Positions 1-9,433 of a stretch of 64,000 bases of DNA are shown here, piece after piece (position 1 is the first letter of the stretch; each line of letters begins with the position of its first letter). The stretch spans positions 164,671-228,670 of the forward strand of contig CAKVLQ010000001.1 in assembly GCA_934757845.1 (NCBI GenBank), given 5' to 3'. The DNA is from an uncultured Clostridia bacterium. GTDB lineage: Bacteria > Bacillota > Clostridia > Christensenellales > UBA1242. The notes below the pieces were generated by a model. The model did not search any database and was not told the DNA's origin. It saw only the letters and a list, made by a program, of their open reading frames with translations. The position numbers and the translations under genes are program-made.

Positions 1-1
1 T

Positions 2-3000
2 GTTTATCCAGATACAAAAGTTTCAAGATATGTTTCTTGCTTTGTAACAGATGAAAATGGAAAAAATCAAAAATATCTAACTTTAAATTATAAATTTAAT
101 GTTGGGGAAGGCGACAATGTTTCTGAAAGCAACGGGGTTTACACTCTAAAACAAAATTCAGTTGTTGTTGCAATTTTGAATTCTGTTAGCGGAGAAATTA
201 TTATTCCAAGTTCTGTTGAAAGCGATACAACTTTTAGTGTTATTGCTTTTATTGAAGGAACAAAAGTTTTAGAAGATTCATCAAGCACTTTAAGAATAAT
301 AAGTTTTTATATTTCAACCGCAGCAATGATTGGAAATAATTCTAGCCAAAACATTTATGTTGGCGACCAAGAATATGATTTGTCGCAATTTGCAAAATTT
401 ATTTTAAACGGAAAAGATAAAAATCCAGATTTTGAAGTGGCTGAAATAAGAAATTCTGATAGCCTTGACTATACTTATACTACAAACAAAAACACAAATG
501 AAATTTTGATAAACAAAAATGGAATTTGCTATGCAAAATTAAAATTTAAAGACGGCAACAGGTGTGTGCTTGAAACTTCAAGCAAATTAGATGCAATAAC
601 TCTTCAACTTAAAGGTTATTTAAGCATAACATCAAGTGAATATACTGTTGAAAGTTTAAGAGATAGTTATATTAATTTAACAATAAATTTAATTAAAATT
701 GATGTTAGTTTTGCTGGAAACACTGTTGAAGCAGAAGGAAAAGAATATTATATTCTTGATAGCACTTCAAATTATCAGTTAAAACCAACAATTAGTGGTG
801 GCGAAGATTTGAGTTTGACGGAAGTGGAATTTTCCGAAGGCTTTATTGGAAAAATGCACCCAACAGTTGTTTTAAGTTTCCAAAGAAATTTGCAAAATTT
901 GATTATTGATAAAAATGAGAAATCAAAAGTAACTTTACCAAATGGAATGTTGCTTTCGATATCAAAACCCGAAACAAAAGGTTTACCATATAGTTTCTCA
1001 TTTAACAACAGTATGCTTGTTGATTATGTTTTCTTAACCATTGATTATTGCGTGAATAGCATTTATAATGCCGAGGCTTATATTTGCCTAAAACCAGAAT
1101 TAAACATTGCATTTGAATATGAAAAAGATGCAAAATATGCTCAAGTTTACTCACCAAGTTCACACGAAGTTTCTTCAAACAGTTCACTTTTAAGTTTTGT
1201 TGGCACAACCGGTGATAATGAAAATATAATTGGAGAAAATAAACAAATTGAACTATCAACCGGAACTAAATTTAGTTTTGACATTGATTTTAGCGGAGCA
1301 TTAACAAATGTGCCAGATAATTTGAATGAAACAATATTTAGTTCAGGCACAGACAAAAAGCACACAATAGAATTTAACGCAGTTTCTTCTGGTTATGCAA
1401 TTTCTATTTCAACAAATCAAACAGGAATAGTTGACGATTGTTATTATTGCATGAAAGTTATAATAACAAATAGTGATGGGAAAGATTATAATTATTACTA
1501 TTTATTAAAAGTAACATCTATAAATGTTCAAACAAAATATAAAGAAAACGGCGTTGAAATATTTATTTCAAACACAAATCCATTAATCATTTCAACCCCA
1601 CAAACAATAGATTTGTTAAGTTATATTTGGGTAAATGTAACGGATAGTGAGCAAACGACTGGAAATGGTCCTCAATATCGTGAATATATTATGTTTAACG
1701 CACAAGATAATTCGCAATATTCTGTTACAAAATCTGGTCTATTCACCCTAAAAATTGATGCACTTGAAAAAACCGCATTAACATTCACTTTATATAACAA
1801 CACATATTATTTCTATGTTAAAGGGCAAGAATTGTCAGTTGTTTTCAAAGAAAACGGCGAAACAAAACTGGGAGATTACAATTTTAGCAAAGGAAACACA
1901 AAATATATTTACTTCACACAAAATAAAGTTTCTGACGGAAAAGAAATTTTGGTTGATGTTAGAGATAATAAAATTACAGGTTCAGCACTTTCAAGTGATA
2001 TTATTTTAAATTTAACAATCCGAAGTTATGAATTTGCAGGAACGGTTTATGAAGATGATAGTGTGTTCACTTGTGAATATAATGATAATTCAATTTCTTA
2101 TTGCTTTATGGGAACGCCTTTGATTGTTTTAACAAGAGCGGATAATTTCTATCAACTTGACATTTCAAGCAATATAAGTGGCAAATTGATTTTTGAACTT
2201 GCTCCAAACTATCAAACACTATCACAACAAAGACTTTGCTATGTTAATCCTGATGTTTCGATTGATGTTAATTATATTAACCCAGTGGTTTATGAAGACA
2301 AAAATTATCAAAATGTTTTGAGTGGAACAGATTTTGACCTTAACACTATTGTTAACATTTCAAATTCGTCATCAAAAGCCACATATCAAATTGAAAGTGG
2401 TGCAAACAGTTATGTTTCGCTTGACGAAAATAGACTAAAAGTTTCTGACAGCCTTCAAAATGCAGAATACTTAAAAATAAAAATTAGTTTAGATGGTGTT
2501 ATAAATTATGTTTATGTAAAAGCCGTTCCAACAAAAATAACAAATATATTAAATAACAGCGGAACATTTAATTGTATTAATGGTGAAACAATTAATTTGT
2601 TTGACTATATAAAAATAAAATCTTTTGTTGGATTTGATAGCCAAAACGAACCTATTTATGAATATATTACAAACTTTACAGAAAGTGGCAGTGAAATTTC
2701 TGACCCTTATAACTATGTTTTAGACGGCAATAAAACAATAGAAATTGATGGGTTAACATTTAATTTTAAAGCAATTAACTTAACTCTTATAAATCAAGAA
2801 TGTTTTATTGGAGAATCACTTGACCTAAAACAAATTGTTCAAAACACAGTTCAAAGTTCAACTCTTTCAAATAAAGATGCAACAATTTTGTTTGTGGCTG
2901 ATGATTATGTAACCACAAATGGAATTTTCACGTCAAATGTTGCAAAGAGTTATACAGTTAATGTTTTGATAAATAATGTTGAATATTCTTTAAATGTAAA

Positions 3001-5788
3001 TGTAAAAACTTTGTCAATAACAGTAAATCACATAAGCAGTATAGTGGCTCTTGACGAAGAAACAAAACAAGGCAAAAAATATGAAAATGTTTATGCTTCT
3101 CAAAAAGAAGAAGATTTAACAAAATTCATAAAAGTTTCTCAAACAACAACTTATAATAACAAACTTGAATTTGCAATTAGCGTTGATAGTTGCGTTGCAA
3201 ATGCTGACGGAACTAGTTATGACATAAGCAAATTTAGCACACGAAATTCAAATGTTATGGGCTTAAACACTATTGTGCTTTATTATGATAATCTTGCGAT
3301 TTTTGCGATTGGAAATAGCGGTTTTGAGTGCTATCAGGATTTTGACAATATCAACAATCAACTAAAATATGAAGTTTTGCTTAACATATCAGTTTCTCTT
3401 GTGGGCAATTCGGCAGTTAAAAACAACTTTAATGTTCGTCTTCTTCCAATCTCTGTTAATTATCAAGCAAATGTTACTTTAACAAAATCAAGTTTTGTTG
3501 AAAATGGGAATAATTTACAATATAACTTATTCAATTTGTTTAATGTGTCAACCAAAGCAACAAATAATAATTTAAGTTTAATAAATGCTGTTAAATTTTA
3601 TGATGACAATAACAAAGAAATTGTTGATGGCTTGTATCAAATTTCAAAAAATTCAAGTGGAACATTATTAACACAAATTACTGCAAAATTTGGTGGAAGA
3701 AATTTCACAATAGAATTGACTTGCAATTTGGATCAAGACACAGTAAGTTCTTCATTGTTTAGCGATAGCATAGATACAATTCTTAACAATAACAGTCAAG
3801 CAAGTATAATTGGCATTTATGGAAAAAATAATGAATTTAACTATTCTCTTGTTGTTCAAGACGGAAAAATTTATTACGATGTTTATAACAACGATTCTAA
3901 ATTTTTGTTTAGAATAGACAGCACTGGAAATATCCAAAGCAAAACTTTAACTGCAACAAATGTTTATTTTATTGCAGGAAGAACGCAAGGCGAAACCTAT
4001 TTGTTTGTTGAAAGCAAATGCTTCACTATTTCGGCGGGCAATCAAAGCATAACTTTTAATACCAATGGTTATAGTTATGTTGAAGATAGTGGTGTAAATG
4101 TTTTGGAATTCATTTCAGGCGACCAAGTGGGTTTAGAAAACTTTTTGAATGGTGCAAGCATTGTTGAATCATCTTTTGCGGGTGCTATTAGCGGTTTTGC
4201 GGGCAACAAAATAAATATTCAAGAAGTTTCTGAAATTTCGTATGGTTATTTTGATTGCAAAAAAGGCGATATTCAAACTCGGGTTTATATAAAAGTTTAT
4301 CCATTCAGTTTAACTCAATCTGTTGCAAACGATTTTGAGTTTAAAGGTGCACAACAAGTTGACGGAACAACAGTTGCAATAAGTGCAAAAGATAATTTTG
4401 TAACATTGTTTGCCACTGGAAATGAGAATATTAACCTTAACAGCATTATTAAAAAAGTGTCTGAAACATTACTTGTTGGGGATATAACTTATAAAATTGA
4501 TAGAGTTGTTTCTTATATTAATGATAGCAAAAATTATAAAGTCTTTAAAGATAATAACTTTTCTAATTTTGTTAGTTTAGAAAATTCTAATTTAAAAATT
4601 ATTTCAAATGGAACTTATTATGTTTATATGTCTGCAAGCGTAAACAATCAAACACTAAATTTTGCTTTTAGGGTATTGAGCGTTAAAAATCAATTTTCAA
4701 ACGGAAGTTTTGAAATTGAAAATAATTCTAGTCTAAATTTAAGTTCAATTATAAAAGTTTATGCAAGTGTTGAAGATTATGAAAAGTCAGGGGACGAAAG
4801 TGAAATTAATTTAAATAATAGTCTTAACATTAAATTAATTAATAGCCTTAACACAACAATAAATTCTAATATTATAACTTTTGATGAACAAAACTTTGAA
4901 GAGATTTTTGAAACAATTAAAGATGAAGATGGAAATGAAAGTCAAGTTTCTACTGGAAAATTTGGACATAAAATTGAAATTGCTTATTCTTACAAAGATT
5001 TGACTGACAAAGTTAGCATCACCGTTTTGAAAAACAGTGTGGTTGATGATACGGGCAAACCACTTCTAAACAAAAATGGCACACTTTATAAAGAACTTTG
5101 GTATAATGAGAGTGCTCAAAAAATTGACGAGAGCGTTATAAAAAGTGCATTAATAAATGGCATTTCTTATGATGCGGTTCTTGAAAAAGGAACTATTAAC
5201 GGTGTTAATACAACTTATTATAACATTGCAAATCAAATAAAAATTGTGCAAAATACTGGTGAAATTTGGTTTAAAAATCCAAATTATGATAAAACAGATT
5301 CAACAAGCACTGAATATATTGTTCAAAACAAAATTGGCGTTATATATTTGGTTGCTCAAGACGAAACAGAAATTGACTATAACACAAAAACAAATGGAAT
5401 TAGTGTTACAACAAAAATTAATGTTTTAAGAGATGTAAACTATAAAATTAATAACTATTCAATTTCAAAAAGTGGAAATAGTTACACTTATATTGTTGAT
5501 GGCGAGCAAAACAGTTTGGCAATGTTAAAATTTGGTTTAATTTTGCAAAATGATAGCGGAGAATTTGTTAACAGTTTAACAACCACAAATGATGATGGCG
5601 AAGAAGTTAATATTCAAATAAGTCGAAATTCCGCAAGCATAAATTGCAACGGCATAACTTTAAATCAAAATAGTGGTGCAGTTTCGGGCACAAAAACTTA
5701 TAATAATGTTAAAATGTTTATTGTTGCATATATTCTTTCTGACAACTTGCTTTTAAATGAAAATATTGTTTTGTTTGAAATTTCATAA
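2..5788 (+). CDS. Giant Asn/Ser/Thr-rich repetitive surface/adhesin-like protein; 5' end lies upstream of the window (at least 1928 codons visible)
   Basis: Frame is open from nt 2 (no stop before the listed TTG at 176) to TAA at 5786-5788. A motif like [LI][DN]L..[FIY][IA]K[VI] recurs roughly every 100 aa, suggesting tandem beta-sandwich modules. No catalytic motif recognised; function is inference only. Confidence 0.7.
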   Translation, partial: VYPDTKVSRYVSCFVTDENGKNQKYLTLNYKFNVGEGDNVSESNGVYTLKQNSVVVAILNSVSGEIIIPSSVESDTTFSVIAFIEGTKVLEDSSSTLRIISFYISTAAMIGNNSSQNIYVGDQEYDLSQFAKFILNGKDKNPDFEVAEIRNSDSLDYTYTTNKNTNEILINKNGICYAKLKFKDGNRCVLETSSKLDAITLQLKGYLSITSSEYTVESLRDSYINLTINLIKIDVSFAGNTVEAEGKEYYILDSTSNYQLKPTISGGEDLSLTEVEFSEGFIGKMHPTVVLSFQRNLQNLIIDKNEKSKVTLPNGMLLSISKPETKGLPYSFSFNNSMLVDYVFLTIDYCVNSIYNAEAYICLKPELNIAFEYEKDAKYAQVYSPSSHEVSSNSSLLSFVGTTGDNENIIGENKQIELSTGTKFSFDIDFSGALTNVPDNLNETIFSSGTDKKHTIEFNAVSSGYAISISTNQTGIVDDCYYCMKVIITNSDGKDYNYYYLLKVTSINVQTKYKENGVEIFISNTNPLIISTPQTIDLLSYIWVNVTDSEQTTGNGPQYREYIMFNAQDNSQYSVTKSGLFTLKIDALEKTALTFTLYNNTYYFYVKGQELSVVFKENGETKLGDYNFSKGNTKYIYFTQNKVSDGKEILVDVRDNKITGSALSSDIILNLTIRSYEFAGTVYEDDSVFTCEYNDNSISYCFMGTPLIVLTRADNFYQLDISSNISGKLIFELAPNYQTLSQQRLCYVNPDVSIDVNYINPVVYEDKNYQNVLSGTDFDLNTIVNISNSSSKATYQIESGANSYVSLDENRLKVSDSLQNAEYLKIKISLDGVINYVYVKAVPTKITNILNNSGTFNCINGETINLFDYIKIKSFVGFDSQNEPIYEYITNFTESGSEISDPYNYVLDGNKTIEIDGLTFNFKAINLTLINQECFIGESLDLKQIVQNTVQSSTLSNKDATILFVADDYVTTNGIFTSNVAKSYTVNVLINNVEYSLNVNVKTLSITVNHISSIVALDEETKQGKKYENVYASQKEEDLTKFIKVSQTTTYNNKLEFAISVDSCVANADGTSYDISKFSTRNSNVMGLNTIVLYYDNLAIFAIGNSGFECYQDFDNINNQLKYEVLLNISVSLVGNSAVKNNFNVRLLPISVNYQANVTLTKSSFVENGNNLQYNLFNLFNVSTKATNNNLSLINAVKFYDDNNKEIVDGLYQISKNSSGTLLTQITAKFGGRNFTIELTCNLDQDTVSSSLFSDSIDTILNNNSQASIIGIYGKNNEFNYSLVVQDGKIYYDVYNNDSKFLFRIDSTGNIQSKTLTATNVYFIAGRTQGETYLFVESKCFTISAGNQSITFNTNGYSYVEDSGVNVLEFISGDQVGLENFLNGASIVESSFAGAISGFAGNKINIQEVSEISYGYFDCKKGDIQTRVYIKVYPFSLTQSVANDFEFKGAQQVDGTTVAISAKDNFVTLFATGNENINLNSIIKKVSETLLVGDITYKIDRVVSYINDSKNYKVFKDNNFSNFVSLENSNLKIISNGTYYVYMSASVNNQTLNFAFRVLSVKNQFSNGSFEIENNSSLNLSSIIKVYASVEDYEKSGDESEINLNNSLNIKLINSLNTTINSNIITFDEQNFEEIFETIKDEDGNESQVSTGKFGHKIEIAYSYKDLTDKVSITVLKNSVVDDTGKPLLNKNGTLYKELWYNESAQKIDESVIKSALINGISYDAVLEKGTINGVNTTYYNIANQIKIVQNTGEIWFKNPNYDKTDSTSTEYIVQNKIGVIYLVAQDETEIDYNTKTNGISVTTKINVLRDVNYKINNYSISKSGNSYTYIVDGEQNSLAMLKFGLILQNDSGEFVNSLTTTNDDGEEVNIQISRNSASINCNGITLNQNSGAVSGTKTYNNVKMFIVAYILSDNLLLNENIVLFEIS

Positions 5789-5805
5789 AAAAGAATTTTA
5801 AACTT

Positions 5806-5874
5806 TTAACAAACAAAATTGAAATTAAACCTTTAACAAACAAAATTTTGTTGTTTTGTTAACAAACAAAATTG
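5806..5874. repeat. Three direct copies of TTAACAAACAAAATT at 26-27 bp spacing, between the giant-gene stop and cls
   Basis: Copies read at 5806-5820, 5833-5847 and 5859-5873. A TTGACA box follows at 5879-5884. Confidence 0.8.
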
Positions 5875-5908
5875 AATGTTGACAAATCAAATTTAAGCCA
5901 CAGTTAAG

Positions 5909-7411
5909 GTGGTTGTTATAAAAGCGAATAATAACAAAAAAAAGGGCAAAAATCATTGTATGTTTGCTCTTTTTTTGTGTATATTTTTGATAAATTTTGC
6001 TTTAATTTTATTTATGATTTTTATTGAACATAAAAGACCGTATAGGGTTTTGGTGTGGACGGTCGCATTTTTGGTTCTTCCAATAGTGTCGTTTGTGCTT
6101 TATTTGATTTTTGGAATTGGGGTTGTTAATCGAAAACAAAAATTAAAATTGATTTTGAGAAACACAGAAATTTGCAAAAAAAATTTAAAAACAAATTTTT
6201 ATCAAACTCAATTTAATATAGAAAAAGAATACAATTCTTTAATCAAATTTAACACAAATTTGCACAAAACATTGGTGTTAAAAAATGATAGCGTTAAAAT
6301 TTTTAGAAGCGGAGAAGAAACTTTTGAAAACATTTTTAAAGTTATTGTGAATGCAAAAAATTCTATTTTTGTTTTAAGTTATATTTTTTGCGATGACGAA
6401 ATTGGAAACAAACTTAAATCACTTCTTATAAAAAAGGCAAAGCAAGGCGTTAGGGTTGTGGTTGTTATTGACAGCATTGGAAGCAAAAAAACAAATAAAA
6501 ACTTTTTTTTAGGTCTTGAAACTGCGGGAATTATTGTTTGCGAATTTTTCCCTAGCAAATTAAAACATATTAACATATTAGCAAATTATCGAAATCATAG
6601 AAAAATTATTGTTGTTGACGAGATGATTAGTTTTGTTGGTGGAATAAATGTTCGTGATGACCATCTTGGAAAAAATCCAAAACTTTCGCCTTGGCTGGAC
6701 ACTCATTTAGAAATTGTGGGTCAAACAAGTTTGGAACTTTTAAAAGTTGTTTTGGAAGATATAAAACTTTGTTCCAATAATAATTTAATAAAAAAACTTG
6801 ATAATGCTTTTGCAAATAACTATTTTGAACAAAAAAAATTAACAGCATCAACTGCAAAAAAGGGGAATATAAACATTCAAGTTTTAAATTCATCAAAACT
6901 CTTTTTGTCGCAAAAAATTGAAGAGAGTTTGATATTTATAATTAACTCGGCAAAAAAACAAATTTTTGTTGAAACACCCTATTTGATTTTAGACGACAAA
7001 ATGTTTTGTGCTTTGAAACTTGCTTGTTTGCGTGGGGTGGAAGTGAATATTATAATTTCAAAAAAGCCTGACAAAAATTTTGTTTATAATGCTTCACTTT
7101 ATTATGCAAAAATTTTAAGCGAAGTTGGGGTTAACATTTTTTTGTTTGACGGATTTGTCCATTCTAAAACATTGCTTTGTGATGATAATATTTTTGTTTG
7201 TGGAAGTGCTAATTTTGATATGCGTTCGTTCGACCTTAATTTTGAAACATCGGTTGTTATATATAACAAAAAAATTTGCCAAAAATTTTATCAAATGCTA
7301 AAAACAACTTTAAATTCTTGCCAAAAACTTGAAAATAATTTTTATAAAAAATTGCCAGTTTCTAAAAAACTAGCAATCAATTTTTCAAAATTATTCTCTC
7401 CAATTTTATAA
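5909..7411 (+). CDS. cls: Cardiolipin synthase (PLD superfamily)
   Basis: Two HKD motifs (NYRNHRKIIVVD..GGINVRDD and HSKTLLCDD..GSANFDMRS) and N-terminal TM helices. GTG start at 5909; ATG at 5960 is an alternative start. Confidence 0.9.
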   Translation: MVVIKANNNKKKGKNHCMFALFLCIFLINFALILFMIFIEHKRPYRVLVWTVAFLVLPIVSFVLYLIFGIGVVNRKQKLKLILRNTEICKKNLKTNFYQTQFNIEKEYNSLIKFNTNLHKTLVLKNDSVKIFRSGEETFENIFKVIVNAKNSIFVLSYIFCDDEIGNKLKSLLIKKAKQGVRVVVVIDSIGSKKTNKNFFLGLETAGIIVCEFFPSKLKHINILANYRNHRKIIVVDEMISFVGGINVRDDHLGKNPKLSPWLDTHLEIVGQTSLELLKVVLEDIKLCSNNNLIKKLDNAFANNYFEQKKLTASTAKKGNINIQVLNSSKLFLSQKIEESLIFIINSAKKQIFVETPYLILDDKMFCALKLACLRGVEVNIIISKKPDKNFVYNASLYYAKILSEVGVNIFLFDGFVHSKTLLCDDNIFVCGSANFDMRSFDLNFETSVVIYNKKICQKFYQMLKTTLNSCQKLENNFYKKLPVSKKLAINFSKLFSPIL

Positions 7412-7693
7412 CTATTCAGCGTCTGGAGTTTCACGAACTGCTTTTTCATACGCTTCAATAACTTTTTTGTCAAGCATAGTTCTTGTTTCAGTGTCAATTG
7501 GGTGAGCGATATCTTTAAATTCACCATCTGGTGTTTTTTTAGAAGGCATTGCAACAAACAATCCTTTTTCGCTTTCAATAACTCTAACTTCATGAACAAC
7601 GAAGCAACCATCAATAGTTACTGATGCAACTGCTTTAAGTTTTAAATCTTCCTTTTTAACTAATCTGATTCTGATGTCTGTAATGTTTAACAT
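7412..7693 (-). CDS. spoVG: Septation protein SpoVG
   Basis: MLNITDIRIRLV..LKAVASVTIDGCFVVHEVRVIE..GLFVAMPSKKTPDGEFKDIAHPI is the canonical SpoVG sequence. Confidence 0.95.
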   Translation of the reverse strand: MLNITDIRIRLVKKEDLKLKAVASVTIDGCFVVHEVRVIESEKGLFVAMPSKKTPDGEFKDIAHPIDTETRTMLDKKVIEAYEKAVRETPDAE

Positions 7694-7809
7694 AATATTT
7701 CTCCTTATTAATATATTATAAGTCTACACATTTTTTTAATTTTTTCCAAATAATTTTTGCAAGTTTTTAAAATTTAAGCAAAAATAAATAAAAATTCATA
7801 TATAATTTT

Positions 7810-9165
7810 ATGCAAAATTTGTCGAATTTAAAAGGAATAAAAAAAATATATTTCATTGGCATTGGCGGAATTAGTTTAAGTGCTTTAAGTGTTATTTGCA
7901 AAAAAAATGGTTTTGAAGTGTGTGGAAGTGATGAAAAATTAACTTCAATCACAAAAAATCTTGAAAAACAAGGTATAAAAGTTTTTGAAGGACATAACAA
8001 AAAAAACATTCAAAATTTTGCACCCGATTTAGTGGTTTATACCTTGGCAATTCATGAAAATAACCCCGAATTTTTGTTTGCAAAGCAAAGCAATATTATG
8101 ATAAAAGAGCGTTCGGTTTTTGTTGGTGAAATTTTGGAAAATTACAAAAATGTTGTTTCAGTTTCGGGAACACATGGCAAAACAACAACCACAAGCATGA
8201 TAAGTGAAATTTTTTTGCTTGCAGGGCTTAAACCAACAATTCATATTGGCGGAGAAAGTGTTAATATAAACTCGAATGTCGTTGTTGGAAGCGGTGATTT
8301 TTTTGTGAATGAGGCGTGTGAATATAAAAAATCGTTTTTAAAATTTAAAAGCAAAGTTGGGGTTATTTTGAATGTTGAAGAAGACCACCCCGATTGCTAT
8401 AAAAATATTATTGAAGTTGAAAATGCGTTTAAAGAATTTGAAAAAATTTGCGACAATGTTGTTGTTAGTGTTAATTATAAACCAAACATTTTGTTAAATG
8501 AAAACAAAAATTACATAACTTTTGGCTTAAAAAATGCAAATTTTGTTGCAAAAAACATAAAAAAACAAGCAAATAATGGATTTGTTTTTGATGTTTATAA
8601 AAATAATGAGTTTTATGAAAAATTTAAACTTAATATTTTTGGAAAGCATAATGTTTTGAATGCTTTAGCAACAATTTGTGTTTGTGATTTGTTTGAAATT
8701 GACAAAAATATTATAAAAAAGGGAATAGAAAATTTTAAAGGTGTTAAAAGAAGATTTGAAAAGGTTGAAACAAACAAATTTTGCGGTGAAGTTTATTTTG
8801 ATTATGCTCATCACCCAACCGAAATTAAAAAACTTATAACCGAAGTTCAAAGTTTGAATAAACCAATAATTTGCGTTTTTCAACCGCACACTTATTCACG
8901 CACAAAACAATATTTTAATGATTTTTTATCTTGTTTTGATGAAACTTATCAAACAATTTTTTACAAAACATATTCGGCTCGTGAAAAAAGAATAAAAGGC
9001 TTTGAAGCAAAAGACCTATATAAAAACTTAAAAAAAGAAAAAAATGTTTTTTATTATAATTCTTTTAAAAAAATAATAAAACATTTAAAAAAATATTCAA
9101 AATCAAATTGCCTTGTTCTGTTTGTTGGCGCGGGGGATATTTATGATATAAAATCACTTCTTTAA
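7810..9165 (+). CDS. murC: UDP-N-acetylmuramate--L-alanine ligase
   Basis: N-terminal FIGIGGISLSAL Rossmann motif and the GTHGKTTTTSMI Mur-ligase P-loop; length 451 aa. Confidence 0.93.
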   Translation: MQNLSNLKGIKKIYFIGIGGISLSALSVICKKNGFEVCGSDEKLTSITKNLEKQGIKVFEGHNKKNIQNFAPDLVVYTLAIHENNPEFLFAKQSNIMIKERSVFVGEILENYKNVVSVSGTHGKTTTTSMISEIFLLAGLKPTIHIGGESVNINSNVVVGSGDFFVNEACEYKKSFLKFKSKVGVILNVEEDHPDCYKNIIEVENAFKEFEKICDNVVVSVNYKPNILLNENKNYITFGLKNANFVAKNIKKQANNGFVFDVYKNNEFYEKFKLNIFGKHNVLNALATICVCDLFEIDKNIIKKGIENFKGVKRRFEKVETNKFCGEVYFDYAHHPTEIKKLITEVQSLNKPIICVFQPHTYSRTKQYFNDFLSCFDETYQTIFYKTYSAREKRIKGFEAKDLYKNLKKEKNVFYYNSFKKIIKHLKKYSKSNCLVLFVGAGDIYDIKSLL

Positions 9166-9324
9166 TATAAAGTTCTACAGTGCCACAGGCACTTTGTATT
9201 TTCACAAATTTAAAATAAAAAATAAAAAAAATAAAAAATATACCAATTTTATTTGACAAGAATATGCCAAATATGGCATATTTTTTAATGGATAGAGAAA
9301 GACTAAATATATAAAGGAACGAAA

Positions 9325-9356
9325 CACTTGCGGTTGACCACACTTGCGGTTGACCA
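9325..9356. repeat. Perfect tandem duplication of the 16-bp unit CACTTGCGGTTGACCA in the leader/promoter of the TasA-like gene
   Basis: Units at 9325-9340 and 9341-9356, read directly. Each contains GGTTGACC, which is complementary to GGTCAACC at 9406-9413. Confidence 0.9.
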
Positions 9357-9433
9357 AAGTAAGGTTAAGGCAAAGAATGTTATTTTGCCTAAATAGTAAA
9401 AAAATGGTCAACCTATGGAGGGTTGATTTTTTA

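Noticed and set aside
9344-9433. N-terminal extensions of listed ORFs (9344, 13928, 30592, 48014, 56089, 57313, 22972, 14977)
   Set aside because: In each case the extension starts at a non-ATG codon inside a promoter box or leader (e.g. the TTG of a TTGACA or TGTATAAT). An internal ATG with a proper RBS gives an N-terminus matching the protein family.
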